Shown here: piece after piece, positions 1 through 8,852 of the stretch
How the letters are laid out: each line of letters begins with the position of its first letter
How positions within the stretch are numbered: the stretch's first letter is position 1
DNA from: Methanocella sp.
GTDB taxonomy: Archaea; Thermoproteota; Bathyarchaeia; Bathyarchaeales; Bathycorpusculaceae
Length of the DNA: 35,366 nucleotides
Direction of reading: 5' to 3'
NCBI GenBank assembly: GCA_050261115.1
Contig: JBLNCY010000032.1
Coordinates: 1-35,366, forward strand
Notes under the pieces: model-generated
What the model was told of the DNA's origin: nothing
Database searches by the model: none
What the model saw: only the letters and a program-made list of their open reading frames with translations
Program-made: the position numbers and the translations under genes

Positions 1-963
1 GCAGTCTACCATGGACCCAACCAGATTAGGCTCGAAGAAATAGCTGAACCCCAAGTTAAAGCAGGCAGAGTACTGGTTCATTTTAAGGCGGGCAGTCTAT
101 GCGGCACCGACATGCATTTCTATAGGGGCGATTGGAGGTGGATGCGCAAAGGCAGAATAATTGGCCATGACGCCTGCGGAATCCGCGCAGACACGGGGGA
201 GCGAGTGGTTATGGTGCCTGTTGTTAATTGTGGGCACTGCATCTTCTGCCTTCGAGGACTACCGACCTATTGCGTTCGGGGCAAATTCTACGGCTTAACA
301 AGAGACGGCTTTTTTGCACAATCAAAAGCCATGCCGCCCAGAGCCCTGATTCCAATACCTGAAAATGTGACCGACCTGGAGGCTGCAGTTGTGGAGCCAG
401 TGGCGCTCGCGCTTCGTGTCCTTGATGCTATGCAGCCTAATATTGGGGATTGGGTTACCGTTGTTGGACAGGGCGGCATTGGGCTAATGATGACACAGGT
501 TGCACTGCTAAAAGGTTGCCGCGTCATCGCCATAGACATGGAGGATTACCGCTTAGAGCTCTCACAAAAATATGGGGCAGACGTAGTCATAAACGCCAAA
601 AAAGAGGACCCCATTAAAACGGTCCGCAGGGTAACGGGGTATGGTTCCGATTTTGTGGTGGAAGCCGCAGGTACCAGAGAGACGGTGGAACAGACGCCTT
701 TTTTGGTGCGTAAAGCTGGAAAGGTAGCTTTGGTTGGTGAATCCAAGGGGTTCTTGAATCTGGAGGATGCTGATGAAGCGCAGTTTTTCACTATGTACAT
801 CTCGCCGTCAGAGTATCCCAAGGCGGTGGAGTTGATTGCAAAACGGCGTGTAGACGTGCGGACGCTAATAACTCATCAATTTTGCTTTGATGAATTCGAA
901 GAGGCACTAAAAACTGCCATTGACCCACAGCGAAAAGCCATCAGAGTCATAATCACAAAATAG
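1..963 (+). CDS. Zn-dependent alcohol/polyol dehydrogenase (MDR family, threonine/sorbitol dehydrogenase-like); 5' end cut by window edge
   Basis: Frame 1 is open from base 1 (AVYHGPNQIRLEE...SLCGTDMH). It has catalytic CGTD, GHD in place of GHE, structural-Zn CGHCIFC-x7-C, VEP and Rossmann GQGGIG. Confidence 0.92.
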   Translation, partial: AVYHGPNQIRLEEIAEPQVKAGRVLVHFKAGSLCGTDMHFYRGDWRWMRKGRIIGHDACGIRADTGERVVMVPVVNCGHCIFCLRGLPTYCVRGKFYGLTRDGFFAQSKAMPPRALIPIPENVTDLEAAVVEPVALALRVLDAMQPNIGDWVTVVGQGGIGLMMTQVALLKGCRVIAIDMEDYRLELSQKYGADVVINAKKEDPIKTVRRVTGYGSDFVVEAAGTRETVEQTPFLVRKAGKVALVGESKGFLNLEDADEAQFFTMYISPSEYPKAVELIAKRRVDVRTLITHQFCFDEFEEALKTAIDPQRKAIRVIITK

Positions 964-1046
964 GGCATTACTAACCTGTTTTACCACAAAGTATATCTTA
1001 CCTCAGGGCGTGTAAACCCCAAACCTGCCAACTTGGAGCACACAAT

Positions 1047-1724
1047 ATGCCTATTGAAGCAGTCATATTCGATTTAGACGGAACCCTTGCAGCATTTAAC
1101 CTGGACTACAAAAGCCTACGCGGCGAAGTAAGAGGACATCTCATGAGAATCGGCGTTCCAGCGTCATTGTTAAGCGTTAAGGAAAGTCTTTTTGAAATGC
1201 TATCCAAAGCAGAGCTTTATTTCAAAAACAGCACCAAATCAGCCCAGGCCTACAAAGATGCTCGCCATCAATGCCTCGCAATAGCCGAGAAGTATGAGAT
1301 GGAAGCAGCTTCACTAACCAGCCTGCAGCCGGGCGCAGTAGAAACCCTAAAAGAGCTCCAGAAACTAAAGCTTAAAGTCGGTTTATGCACCCTCAGCAGC
1401 GAAGCAGCCGCTAACTATATATTACAACGATTCAAAATAGCCGAGTACTTCCAAGTGGTTGTTTCACGCGATAAGGTGGCACGGGTTAAGCCCGATTCTG
1501 AACAGCTTGAAATTGCGCTCAAAGCGTTAGGCGTAAAACCTACAGATGCCATCATCGTCGGCGATAGTGCGGCGGATATGCAGAGCGCTAAAGACCTAAA
1601 AGCCATCGCAGTCGGCGTCCCCGCAGGCATAGCAACCCAGAAACAGCTAACGGCAGCCGGCGCAAACTATATCATAACAGCATTAAGCGACTTACCGCTA
1701 TTAATCAAAAAACTAAAAGAATAG
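1047..1724 (+). CDS. HAD-superfamily hydrolase (phosphoglycolate phosphatase-like)
   Basis: Motif I FDLDGT, motif III KP, motif IV VGDSAAD. Confidence 0.9.
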   Translation: MPIEAVIFDLDGTLAAFNLDYKSLRGEVRGHLMRIGVPASLLSVKESLFEMLSKAELYFKNSTKSAQAYKDARHQCLAIAEKYEMEAASLTSLQPGAVETLKELQKLKLKVGLCTLSSEAAANYILQRFKIAEYFQVVVSRDKVARVKPDSEQLEIALKALGVKPTDAIIVGDSAADMQSAKDLKAIAVGVPAGIATQKQLTAAGANYIITALSDLPLLIKKLKE

Positions 1725-1726
1725 GG

Positions 1727-4700
1727 TTAAGCGACGGTTATTGCACCGTTTTCGCTTGCCACAAGTTTTCTTTCTCTTATTAGGCGCTTTAGTACTTCGT
1801 TGAAGACCTGTTTTGCGTCCTCGCCTGAGTGGTTTAAGCCAAAGAGTTTAGCGGTTTCAGTCACTAAGGATTCATCGCTTATTCCTATAGCGTATTGAGC
1901 GATTAGTTTCATGGCGGCTTCAACTTCTTCGGGCGCTATGTATTGGGCTTTGCGTTTTGATTCTGGGAGACCGGGTTGGGGTATGCGGATGGGGGTTTCT
2001 TTGAGACCAGCAGGCCATAGGAAGCTGCCTTTTATGGCAACTTTTTGTTCGCGGATGAGGTTGTTAAGGGCTTCTTTGACGGCGTGGCCGATTTTGGGTG
2101 TAGATTGCTTGATGCCCCAGGTGGCCGCTAAGCGTTCTACAGCGTAGTCGAAGTGAACGGGACCTTCGTTGGCTATTAGTTCGGCTAGTAGTTTGGTTTG
2201 GTTTTCGCGGTTTTCTGGGAAGTGGAATTCGTTTTTGATTTTGGAGTCTACGAAGGTTCGGCCGTTGGCTACTTTGATGTAGGGGTTATAGGTGGCTTTT
2301 AATGGGTGAATTTTGTATGGGGCTGTGAGTTTTTCTATGCCGCTAAAGCAGTTCTTCTGAACGTCAGTTTGGAGTGTAGTGAGGGGCTTGTTTGCGTCTT
2401 TCTCTATTTGATGCTTCTGTGCCTGCACTATGGCTTCCTCTAAGCGGCGGATTTCGCTGTCACGCCGAGCTACCCAAACAGGCGCCCAAATGCGGTGTAT
2501 GCGCCAGCCGAGATTCCTTAGAACCTGCTCACGGAGTCGATCGCGGTCACGTGCGCTGCTGCTGGATTGGTAAGTCGATCCGTCACATTCCACGCCCAGC
2601 AGGTAGCTGCCCTTGTTAACTGGGTCAACAACTCCTATGTCGATCTTGTAGATGCTGCAGCCAACTTCAGGGGTGATGTGGTAACCGAGTTTTCTGATTT
2701 CAGCGGCGACATCTTCTTCGAGTGCAGAGTCAAAGGTGCCTGCTTTAATTTTGGCGGTTCTGATGGCGTCTGTGCCGCGTTCAGCATAGTCTAGGTAGGT
2801 GCGTAGAGTCTGCACACCTAAGGCTTTCACGTCAGCGCTGATGTCCTGTGCCTTTATGGAGGTGACTAGAACGACTTTTTCTCTGGCGCGGGTGACGGCT
2901 ACGTTAAGGCGGCGTTCGCCTCCGGGTTTGTTTAGGGGCCCAAAGTTCATGGTTATCTGGTGATTTTGGTCGTATCCATAGCCGACGCTAAAGAATATGA
3001 CGTCACGTTCATCTCCTTGTACGTTCTCGAGGTTCTTGATGAAGAAGCCGTCGATGCGGTCTTCCTTGAAGAAGGGGTCAAATTCCGGCTGTGCTTGGAG
3101 TCTGCGATCTATTGCTTTTTGCACGGCGTCCATTTGAGCGATGCTGAAGGTGACGACGCCCAGCGTCTTTTTGGGGTAGTTTTTGAAGTGCTCAAAGACC
3201 AGGTCAGCGACTTTTTCAGCTTCAATGGGGTTGTCTCGGTTTCCGCCTCTGTCGTAAACCCCGTCGGGGACATAGACCATTTTGACGCCTAGGCTGTCTG
3301 TTTCTGCTTTTGCGGCAGGGAAAGTTATCATAGCACCATCGTAGAAGTTCTGGTTACTAAAGGCGATAAGGCCTTCGTGCTTGCTTCTGTAGTGCCACTT
3401 CAGCGTCTTTACGGGTAATCCGATGCCTAAGCATTCGTCTAGGATACTGTCAAAGACTTCAACGTCCTCGTCGCTGAGTTCATCCCAATCGGTGTCATCA
3501 AGAAGGTTCTTCTGGAAGAATGAGGTGGGTGGTAACTGCTTGTTGTCGCCTGCAACCACGATTGTTTTGCCGCGGTAGATAGCGGCTATAGCGTCTTCTG
3601 GAACCAGTTGTGAAGCCTCGTCAAAGAGGACTAAGTCGAATTTCATTTCGGGCGGGAGGAATTGGCTAACTGACAGGGGACTCATGAGTAGACAGGGCTT
3701 AAGTTTAACCAGCAAGTTGGGGATTTTTTGCATAAGCATGCGTATGGGCATTAGGCGACGCTTTTTCGCTGCTTCTTTTTGCAGTATAGCGGCTTCGGTG
3801 TCGGCGGCTTGGATTAAGATGTCTTGGGGCTTTCGGGCGTTGGCAGCGTCTATGACCATGGCGGAGGTTTGCCTGATGAGTTCTTGGTCTAGTTTTCGGA
3901 AGTCTGCGATTAGTTGTTCATGGTTCTCTCTTCGGAAGCGACCCAGTGTGGGGTCTTCGTTGTAGAGGTTGTTTATCCATTCCTGATAGACGCTCTTCTG
4001 GAACAGAGGCAGCAAGTCCGCTGCAGGTATCTTTTGTTCTACCAAGCGACCAAAGAACGGATCTAACCCGCGCAGTGCAAAGCGATTCTTAACATCTTTA
4101 AAGTCAATCCACACCTGCAGATCGTCGACTCGGTCACGGAGCATCTGGATACGTTCCTCGATGACTTTGATATCACAGTCAACAAGCTTCTGATTCTGAT
4201 AGCGCATCTCTGATTCGAAGCGTTTAGCGAAATCCGCAAGCACCTTGAGCGCTGCGTCGCGTTTAGCAATTAACTCGGCATCTGAAGGCACCTCAGTCGG
4301 GCCTTTTGCTGCAAGCTCTGCATAAGCTTCTGGCACTGGTATGTCAACGAATGCTGTCTGTACCATCTTTACCCATTCAAGCACAGTTACAATGTCTTGC
4401 CAGTCGGTTTGGAGTTCTTGGAAGCGGCGCCCGAATTTCTCGCTTAACTGGGCTTTTTCGCCTACTATTTGCGCTTCTTTTTTGCGGATGGTTTCAGCAT
4501 CCGATAAGTCATTGATGAGTTGCGCGTAACTTTTAGGCTCTGTTTTAGCTACGGCGAGCGTTTCCTTAGTAAAACTGCAGAGCGGTGTAAGAAGCCGTTC
4601 GGTGTCGCTTGCCCACTCATCGACTTGTCTAAGAGAGGTTTCCCATAGGGGTTTTTCCGAGTTCGGCAGCTTTTCGGGCATTAGACTTTCGATTTCGTTC

Positions 4701-7441
4701 GCTTGGCGCTCCCATTTGTCGATGCTGTCGCGGAGTTCTTCACCTAAATTCTTTATCATAGGCGAGGGGCTGGTGGAGGAGGTTAGTAGTTTAAGCAGGG
4801 GTTCTGGCACTGTTGTTGCCCAGGAGAGGTTGCGGATTTCCTCGGCTATCGCGGCAGCTTTTTCTGCTGCATTAAAGTTTGTGCGGCTCTTGCGGTAATA
4901 GTGGCCTAGGAGTTTCTGAACTGTTTGAGCTGATGCCTCGATTTTTTTGGCTAATTTTACTACTTTACGGGCGTCAATTAGATCTTGGAGTACCTCTTTG
5001 GGGGCTTTGCCGTTGTGGGTGACTTTGGCGATGCGTTTCTGGTCGTTGCGGTAGTCGCTGTTGAAAAGTTTCATACCGCTCTGGTAGGGCCCGCTGTAGT
5101 TGGCGATTAAGGTGTCAAGGTCAAGCGTGTAGAGTTCGTCTGTGTATGTTTGGTCTAGGCGGCTTTTGAGTAGGCTGTGTTCTTGATAGATTTGGCGGGC
5201 ACTGTTAATCGTCTCTTTAACCTGCGATAGGTAGTCGGCGTCAAACCATTCAGGTTCAGGTTTATCATCCGAAAAGCAGAGGAGTGCCATGCGGGAGAGC
5301 TGTTTAAGCTGCTTCAGCGTTAAGTCGTCGCTATCTAAGCCCAATAACGGCGCAAGCTGATGCGAGGTATCCTGCCATTTGTGGGTACTAAGCTGCGTGC
5401 TTCTAACAAACGAGAGAAAAACCTCTCGGTTGGCAAAGAAGTCACCTTCGGCAATGTTGGGCACCGCTGAGACTTTCCCCAGAGTAGCTATGGCTTGCTG
5501 CAACTCAGCGGAACGTGATAGTGATAACTCAAAAATTGCCGGAGTATAGCGCTCAAGCAGAGCAAGGCGGGTTTGTTTTATCCAGAGGCTAGTTTCCAAG
5601 TAGCCTTTTGCTTCGGCATAGAGTTTATCGAGGGATTGGTTAGTCATCCAGAATGTCTCTGGCATCGGACTCTCCTTTAGCAAGTTGCTGACGTTAAGAA
5701 GCCACTGGATCTTTGCAAAGTTCTCAGGTGGAAACACGCCTAGCTTCGCGGAGAAGTCTTCTACTTCATATTCTAACTCGCGGAAAGTCTCGTTGATGGC
5801 TAAAAGGGTGGTGAGTAGTTCGCTACGGATTTCAAGGTTATACTTGTCTGCGCGGTAACCCAGCCATGGAAAGTCAGGGTCCTCTACGACTTGCCAGACC
5901 TTACTGAGGTGAGAGACGAGCTCTTCTAGCTCACGCATCTTTTGAGGCGTCAACGTCCCGACATCCGATAAACCGACAGGGACGAAGGGTACCCGTTCAA
6001 GGCTAGCTATGATACTTAGGACTTCGTAGGCGCTTCTCTGTAAATACGGGCGCTTGCCATGTAATGCCGCCACGTATCCATTTAGGCTATCACGGTATGC
6101 AGTTAACCTGTCAAAGTCATGCCCTGAGGGTAACTTGCGAGGCACAAGATTTTCGTCTAAGCTACGCTTAAGCTCTGCAACTACTTGCTGCTTGTTAGCT
6201 TTGCTGCTATGCATTTCCAAACAGAAATGAGCCAAACCCACCTCGCTTAGCCGCTTATACACGACTTCAAGCGCCGCCATCTTATCACTCACAAACAACA
6301 CCGATTTACCGTTAGCGATGCATTCCGCTATGATGTTGGCGATGGTTTGGCTTTTACCTGTTCCCGGGGGACCCCTCATAACGAAGCTTTGACCGCGAAG
6401 CGCATATTCAATGGAGACACGTTGGCTGCTGTCTGCGTCAAGAACCTGATAGGTTTTTGCTGGCAACTGAATTTTGTCCAGGTCTTTTTCGTCCGGTAAG
6501 CCACTTACAATAAGGCTGTCTTCTTTTATGCCAGCGATGGCACGGATGATGGGATGCTGAGTAACTAGGGCGGCGTTGGCTTCAAGATCTTTGTAAATGA
6601 CGAGCTTCTGGAAAGAGAACAAGCCCAAATCGGTGGTGGATTCGGTTTTCCATTTTAGCTCTGCAACCGCCGCCTCTACCTGCGCATAATAATCGGCGAG
6701 CTTAACCTCTTCCCATTCCTCTGGTAACGGAGGCAGATCAATCCGGTAGTCGTTTTTAAGTTTCGCTACCAATGCGGGGTTTAGGATCGCCTCGTCTTCT
6801 ACGGGCGGTAAAGTAATACTGTACGGGGAGCGGATGGTTTCTTTGCCTAACTCTAGAGGAACCAGAATAAGTGGGGATGTCACTTCTTCTTTTGTTTCAG
6901 CATCCACCCAATTAAGCGTACCAAACGCGGCGTATAGTATCCGCACACCCCGTTCTCGATAATCCGATAGGGCGCGGCGTTCAAGTGTTCTGATGTTGCT
7001 TTCAAGTTCCTGACGGGTCAAATTGCCACAGATGAGCTGATTAGCGGTGGACTTTTTTGGTGACTCTTCTACTGTTGTGGCGGCTCTGGTGGGTTCTTTT
7101 GCAATCTTGGCTGATGGTTCAGGCTCTTTTGCCTTGTTTTTGCCTTTAGCCTTTTGTTTATCAGGAGCTGACTTCTCGGCTTTCCCTGTTTTTTTAGACT
7201 TTTCAGCTTGGGAAACTTGCGGCGGCAGGTAGAACTCTAGGCGGCTTTTTTTAATAACCAAAGCATCGAAAATCTTTTGGCTCTCGGGCTGCGTTATGGT
7301 GAGAGCGCCACGTTTGCCCCTGCGGAAATAGAGAAGATTATTCTTTTTGGACAGATCAATAAGTCTGGATTTCCAATCTTCAACTCGCTTCATAGGGGAA
7401 GAAGTAGGTGTAGACATGTATGTTTCGGTCATTAATGGCAC
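1727..7441 (-). CDS. DUF4011 - SF1 (Upf1-like) helicase - Vsr/MTES_1575-like nuclease - DUF3320 protein (Hhe-type architecture)
   Basis: N-terminal WKSRLIDLSKKNNLL (DUF4011), DADSSQ, Walker A GPPGTGKS, DEASQ, AGDNKQLPP, HYRS, ENVQGDERD, RRLNVAVTRAR, nuclease IDIGV...VECDG...RDRDRLR...GWRIHRIW, and a C-terminal helical DUF3320-like region. The true start may be 7393 (MKRVEDW). Confidence 0.9.
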   Translation of the reverse strand: MPLMTETYMSTPTSSPMKRVEDWKSRLIDLSKKNNLLYFRRGKRGALTITQPESQKIFDALVIKKSRLEFYLPPQVSQAEKSKKTGKAEKSAPDKQKAKGKNKAKEPEPSAKIAKEPTRAATTVEESPKKSTANQLICGNLTRQELESNIRTLERRALSDYRERGVRILYAAFGTLNWVDAETKEEVTSPLILVPLELGKETIRSPYSITLPPVEDEAILNPALVAKLKNDYRIDLPPLPEEWEEVKLADYYAQVEAAVAELKWKTESTTDLGLFSFQKLVIYKDLEANAALVTQHPIIRAIAGIKEDSLIVSGLPDEKDLDKIQLPAKTYQVLDADSSQRVSIEYALRGQSFVMRGPPGTGKSQTIANIIAECIANGKSVLFVSDKMAALEVVYKRLSEVGLAHFCLEMHSSKANKQQVVAELKRSLDENLVPRKLPSGHDFDRLTAYRDSLNGYVAALHGKRPYLQRSAYEVLSIIASLERVPFVPVGLSDVGTLTPQKMRELEELVSHLSKVWQVVEDPDFPWLGYRADKYNLEIRSELLTTLLAINETFRELEYEVEDFSAKLGVFPPENFAKIQWLLNVSNLLKESPMPETFWMTNQSLDKLYAEAKGYLETSLWIKQTRLALLERYTPAIFELSLSRSAELQQAIATLGKVSAVPNIAEGDFFANREVFLSFVRSTQLSTHKWQDTSHQLAPLLGLDSDDLTLKQLKQLSRMALLCFSDDKPEPEWFDADYLSQVKETINSARQIYQEHSLLKSRLDQTYTDELYTLDLDTLIANYSGPYQSGMKLFNSDYRNDQKRIAKVTHNGKAPKEVLQDLIDARKVVKLAKKIEASAQTVQKLLGHYYRKSRTNFNAAEKAAAIAEEIRNLSWATTVPEPLLKLLTSSTSPSPMIKNLGEELRDSIDKWERQANEIESLMPEKLPNSEKPLWETSLRQVDEWASDTERLLTPLCSFTKETLAVAKTEPKSYAQLINDLSDAETIRKKEAQIVGEKAQLSEKFGRRFQELQTDWQDIVTVLEWVKMVQTAFVDIPVPEAYAELAAKGPTEVPSDAELIAKRDAALKVLADFAKRFESEMRYQNQKLVDCDIKVIEERIQMLRDRVDDLQVWIDFKDVKNRFALRGLDPFFGRLVEQKIPAADLLPLFQKSVYQEWINNLYNEDPTLGRFRRENHEQLIADFRKLDQELIRQTSAMVIDAANARKPQDILIQAADTEAAILQKEAAKKRRLMPIRMLMQKIPNLLVKLKPCLLMSPLSVSQFLPPEMKFDLVLFDEASQLVPEDAIAAIYRGKTIVVAGDNKQLPPTSFFQKNLLDDTDWDELSDEDVEVFDSILDECLGIGLPVKTLKWHYRSKHEGLIAFSNQNFYDGAMITFPAAKAETDSLGVKMVYVPDGVYDRGGNRDNPIEAEKVADLVFEHFKNYPKKTLGVVTFSIAQMDAVQKAIDRRLQAQPEFDPFFKEDRIDGFFIKNLENVQGDERDVIFFSVGYGYDQNHQITMNFGPLNKPGGERRLNVAVTRAREKVVLVTSIKAQDISADVKALGVQTLRTYLDYAERGTDAIRTAKIKAGTFDSALEEDVAAEIRKLGYHITPEVGCSIYKIDIGVVDPVNKGSYLLGVECDGSTYQSSSSARDRDRLREQVLRNLGWRIHRIWAPVWVARRDSEIRRLEEAIVQAQKHQIEKDANKPLTTLQTDVQKNCFSGIEKLTAPYKIHPLKATYNPYIKVANGRTFVDSKIKNEFHFPENRENQTKLLAELIANEGPVHFDYAVERLAATWGIKQSTPKIGHAVKEALNNLIREQKVAIKGSFLWPAGLKETPIRIPQPGLPESKRKAQYIAPEEVEAAMKLIAQYAIGISDESLVTETAKLFGLNHSGEDAKQVFNEVLKRLIRERKLVASENGAITVA

Positions 7442-7560
7442 ATCCGCTTGAGATACAGGGTAGTCTATGTAACGATACTTCTTTAATATTTACCGAAAAG
7501 CCCTCTGCCCTAAAACACCGATTAAGCCACTAGTACATATGTAATTACTCGATCAATGCG

Positions 7561-8169
7561 TTAGGGCGACTCCGTTGCATCCTTAACTACGCCTAATACG
7601 TTATCGCATCCAATACTGCGGGTTTCCAGCACCTTAAGCGGCAATCCAGCCTTCTTTAACGCATCGACTAGTTTGTCGCCGTCGCCGCAGGTATCGAGAA
7701 GAACAGCCCCCTTGATGCCGCGAAACATGTCTGCAAATGAGGCTTCATCAAGGCCCTCTTTGAGTAGTTTAGGCTTCAGGTCCCTAAAGAACTCTATCAT
7801 GCCAGGGCCCATAAACATCAAGTTATGATTTGGATCCGCAGTGTCGACTTTTCCTTTACCGCCCAATTGACAATCAACACAATTAACCGCATCCACCTTG
7901 GCAACGCCATATTCGTCAGCAAGCTTTTTCATTTCGTTGTCTTGGCCCAGACAGAGGTCTCCATAGACGAGTACGATTTTTCCGTTGAATCTTTTTTTTG
8001 TATGTTCTAGAACTTTGCGGAGATTGTTTTCAAGGATAGTATAGTCTATGTGGAAGTTTTTGCTGACAAACACCAACTCAGCGTCAAGTTTACCCTGGGC
8101 TTTGAGTTGTTGAAGTTCACGTTTTAAAACGCTACAGGACACTACGCATAGCGGGATGTTTTGGCTCAT
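7561..8169 (-). CDS. DUF1638-like cysteine-containing protein
   Basis: CVVSCSVL...NFH...VYGDLC...NCVDCQLGG pattern resembles DUF1638. Start moved to ATG 8169 because a BRE/TATA-like AGAAAGCGTTAAG lies ~25-30 nt upstream on the minus strand. Confidence 0.7.
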   Translation of the reverse strand: MSQNIPLCVVSCSVLKRELQQLKAQGKLDAELVFVSKNFHIDYTILENNLRKVLEHTKKRFNGKIVLVYGDLCLGQDNEMKKLADEYGVAKVDAVNCVDCQLGGKGKVDTADPNHNLMFMGPGMIEFFRDLKPKLLKEGLDEASFADMFRGIKGAVLLDTCGDGDKLVDALKKAGLPLKVLETRSIGCDNVLGVVKDATESP

Positions 8170-8527
8170 TTTCAATATACGAATGTATGATTGATTTCTT
8201 AACGCTTTCTGTTTAACAAGAAGATTTGTTTTATCGAGTGCATTATGAAGCATCGAATAAGCTTGGCGCCTAGGGGGCTACAAAGAAGGCCGGAGAGGGT
8301 CCATAGGGCGTCTTTCCGATGGCTTTCTATTTTAGTAAGAAAAGAGGGCATTTTCTGCTATGTTGAGTCGAGATGTGTGACTTTTTTAATTTCTGCAGTT
8401 TCTAAGGGGTGATGTGTGCGAGCGGATTTGCGGTACTGCTAGATACTTTTCTAGCCTTGAACCCGTTATGTTACTGATGCTTCGGTGTGGAATCTTCATT
8501 TGTTCTGCATACTAAACAACATCTGAT

Positions 8528-8550
8528 ATTATATAATCATGAATATTCAT
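8528..8550. promoter_or_regulatory. Palindromic TATA-like box plus adjacent palindromic operator-like site
   Basis: ATTATATAAT (8528-8537) and ATGAATATTCAT (8539-8550) are both perfect palindromes. Confidence 0.45.
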
Positions 8551-8710
8551 TGAGAATACACTGGAAACCAACCATACGCGCAAGTCAGCGAACCTATTGT
8601 CAGTGGAGAAAAATAGCGCATTAAAAACACCAAGTACACCCATTCACCATCTGCTGCAGAGGAGATTTTGCGGCAACTTTTAAATCAACCGAGTTAGCCA
8701 TTACTTGCTT

Positions 8711-8784
8711 GGTGAGCCCGTTGAATGCTGGTCTTCCTCTCTTCCTGATTGGGGATAATTCACACATGCAACGGTGTCTTCACC
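8711..8784 (+). ncRNA. Putative small hairpin ncRNA with CU-rich loop
   Basis: Nested stems GGTGAG/TTCACC, CCGTTG/CAACGG, ATG/CAT and GTCTTC/GGGGAT. TATA-like TTTTAAAT at 8678-8685 and a T-run directly after 8784. No ORF. Confidence 0.5.
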
Positions 8785-8828
8785 ATTTTAAAAAATAGAA
8801 AAGTTACTAGAAGGTAAAGGGGGGTTAT

Positions 8829-8847
8829 GCTATGCCGTTAGCATAGC
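8829..8847 (-). terminator. Hairpin terminator after thiolase/DUF35 operon
   Basis: Perfect stem GCTATGC/GCATAGC, 5 nt past the stop at 8853, followed on the minus strand by pyrimidine/T-rich tracts. Confidence 0.55.
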
Positions 8848-8852
8848 CTAGA

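Noticed and set aside
1911-4898. Multiple short + strand ORFs opposite the helicase gene
   Set aside because: Antisense shadow frames without recognisable motifs.
8386-8499. 37-aa minus-strand ORF MKIPHRSIS...
   Set aside because: No RBS, motif or compositional support; kept only as a possibility under the 8528 promoter finding.
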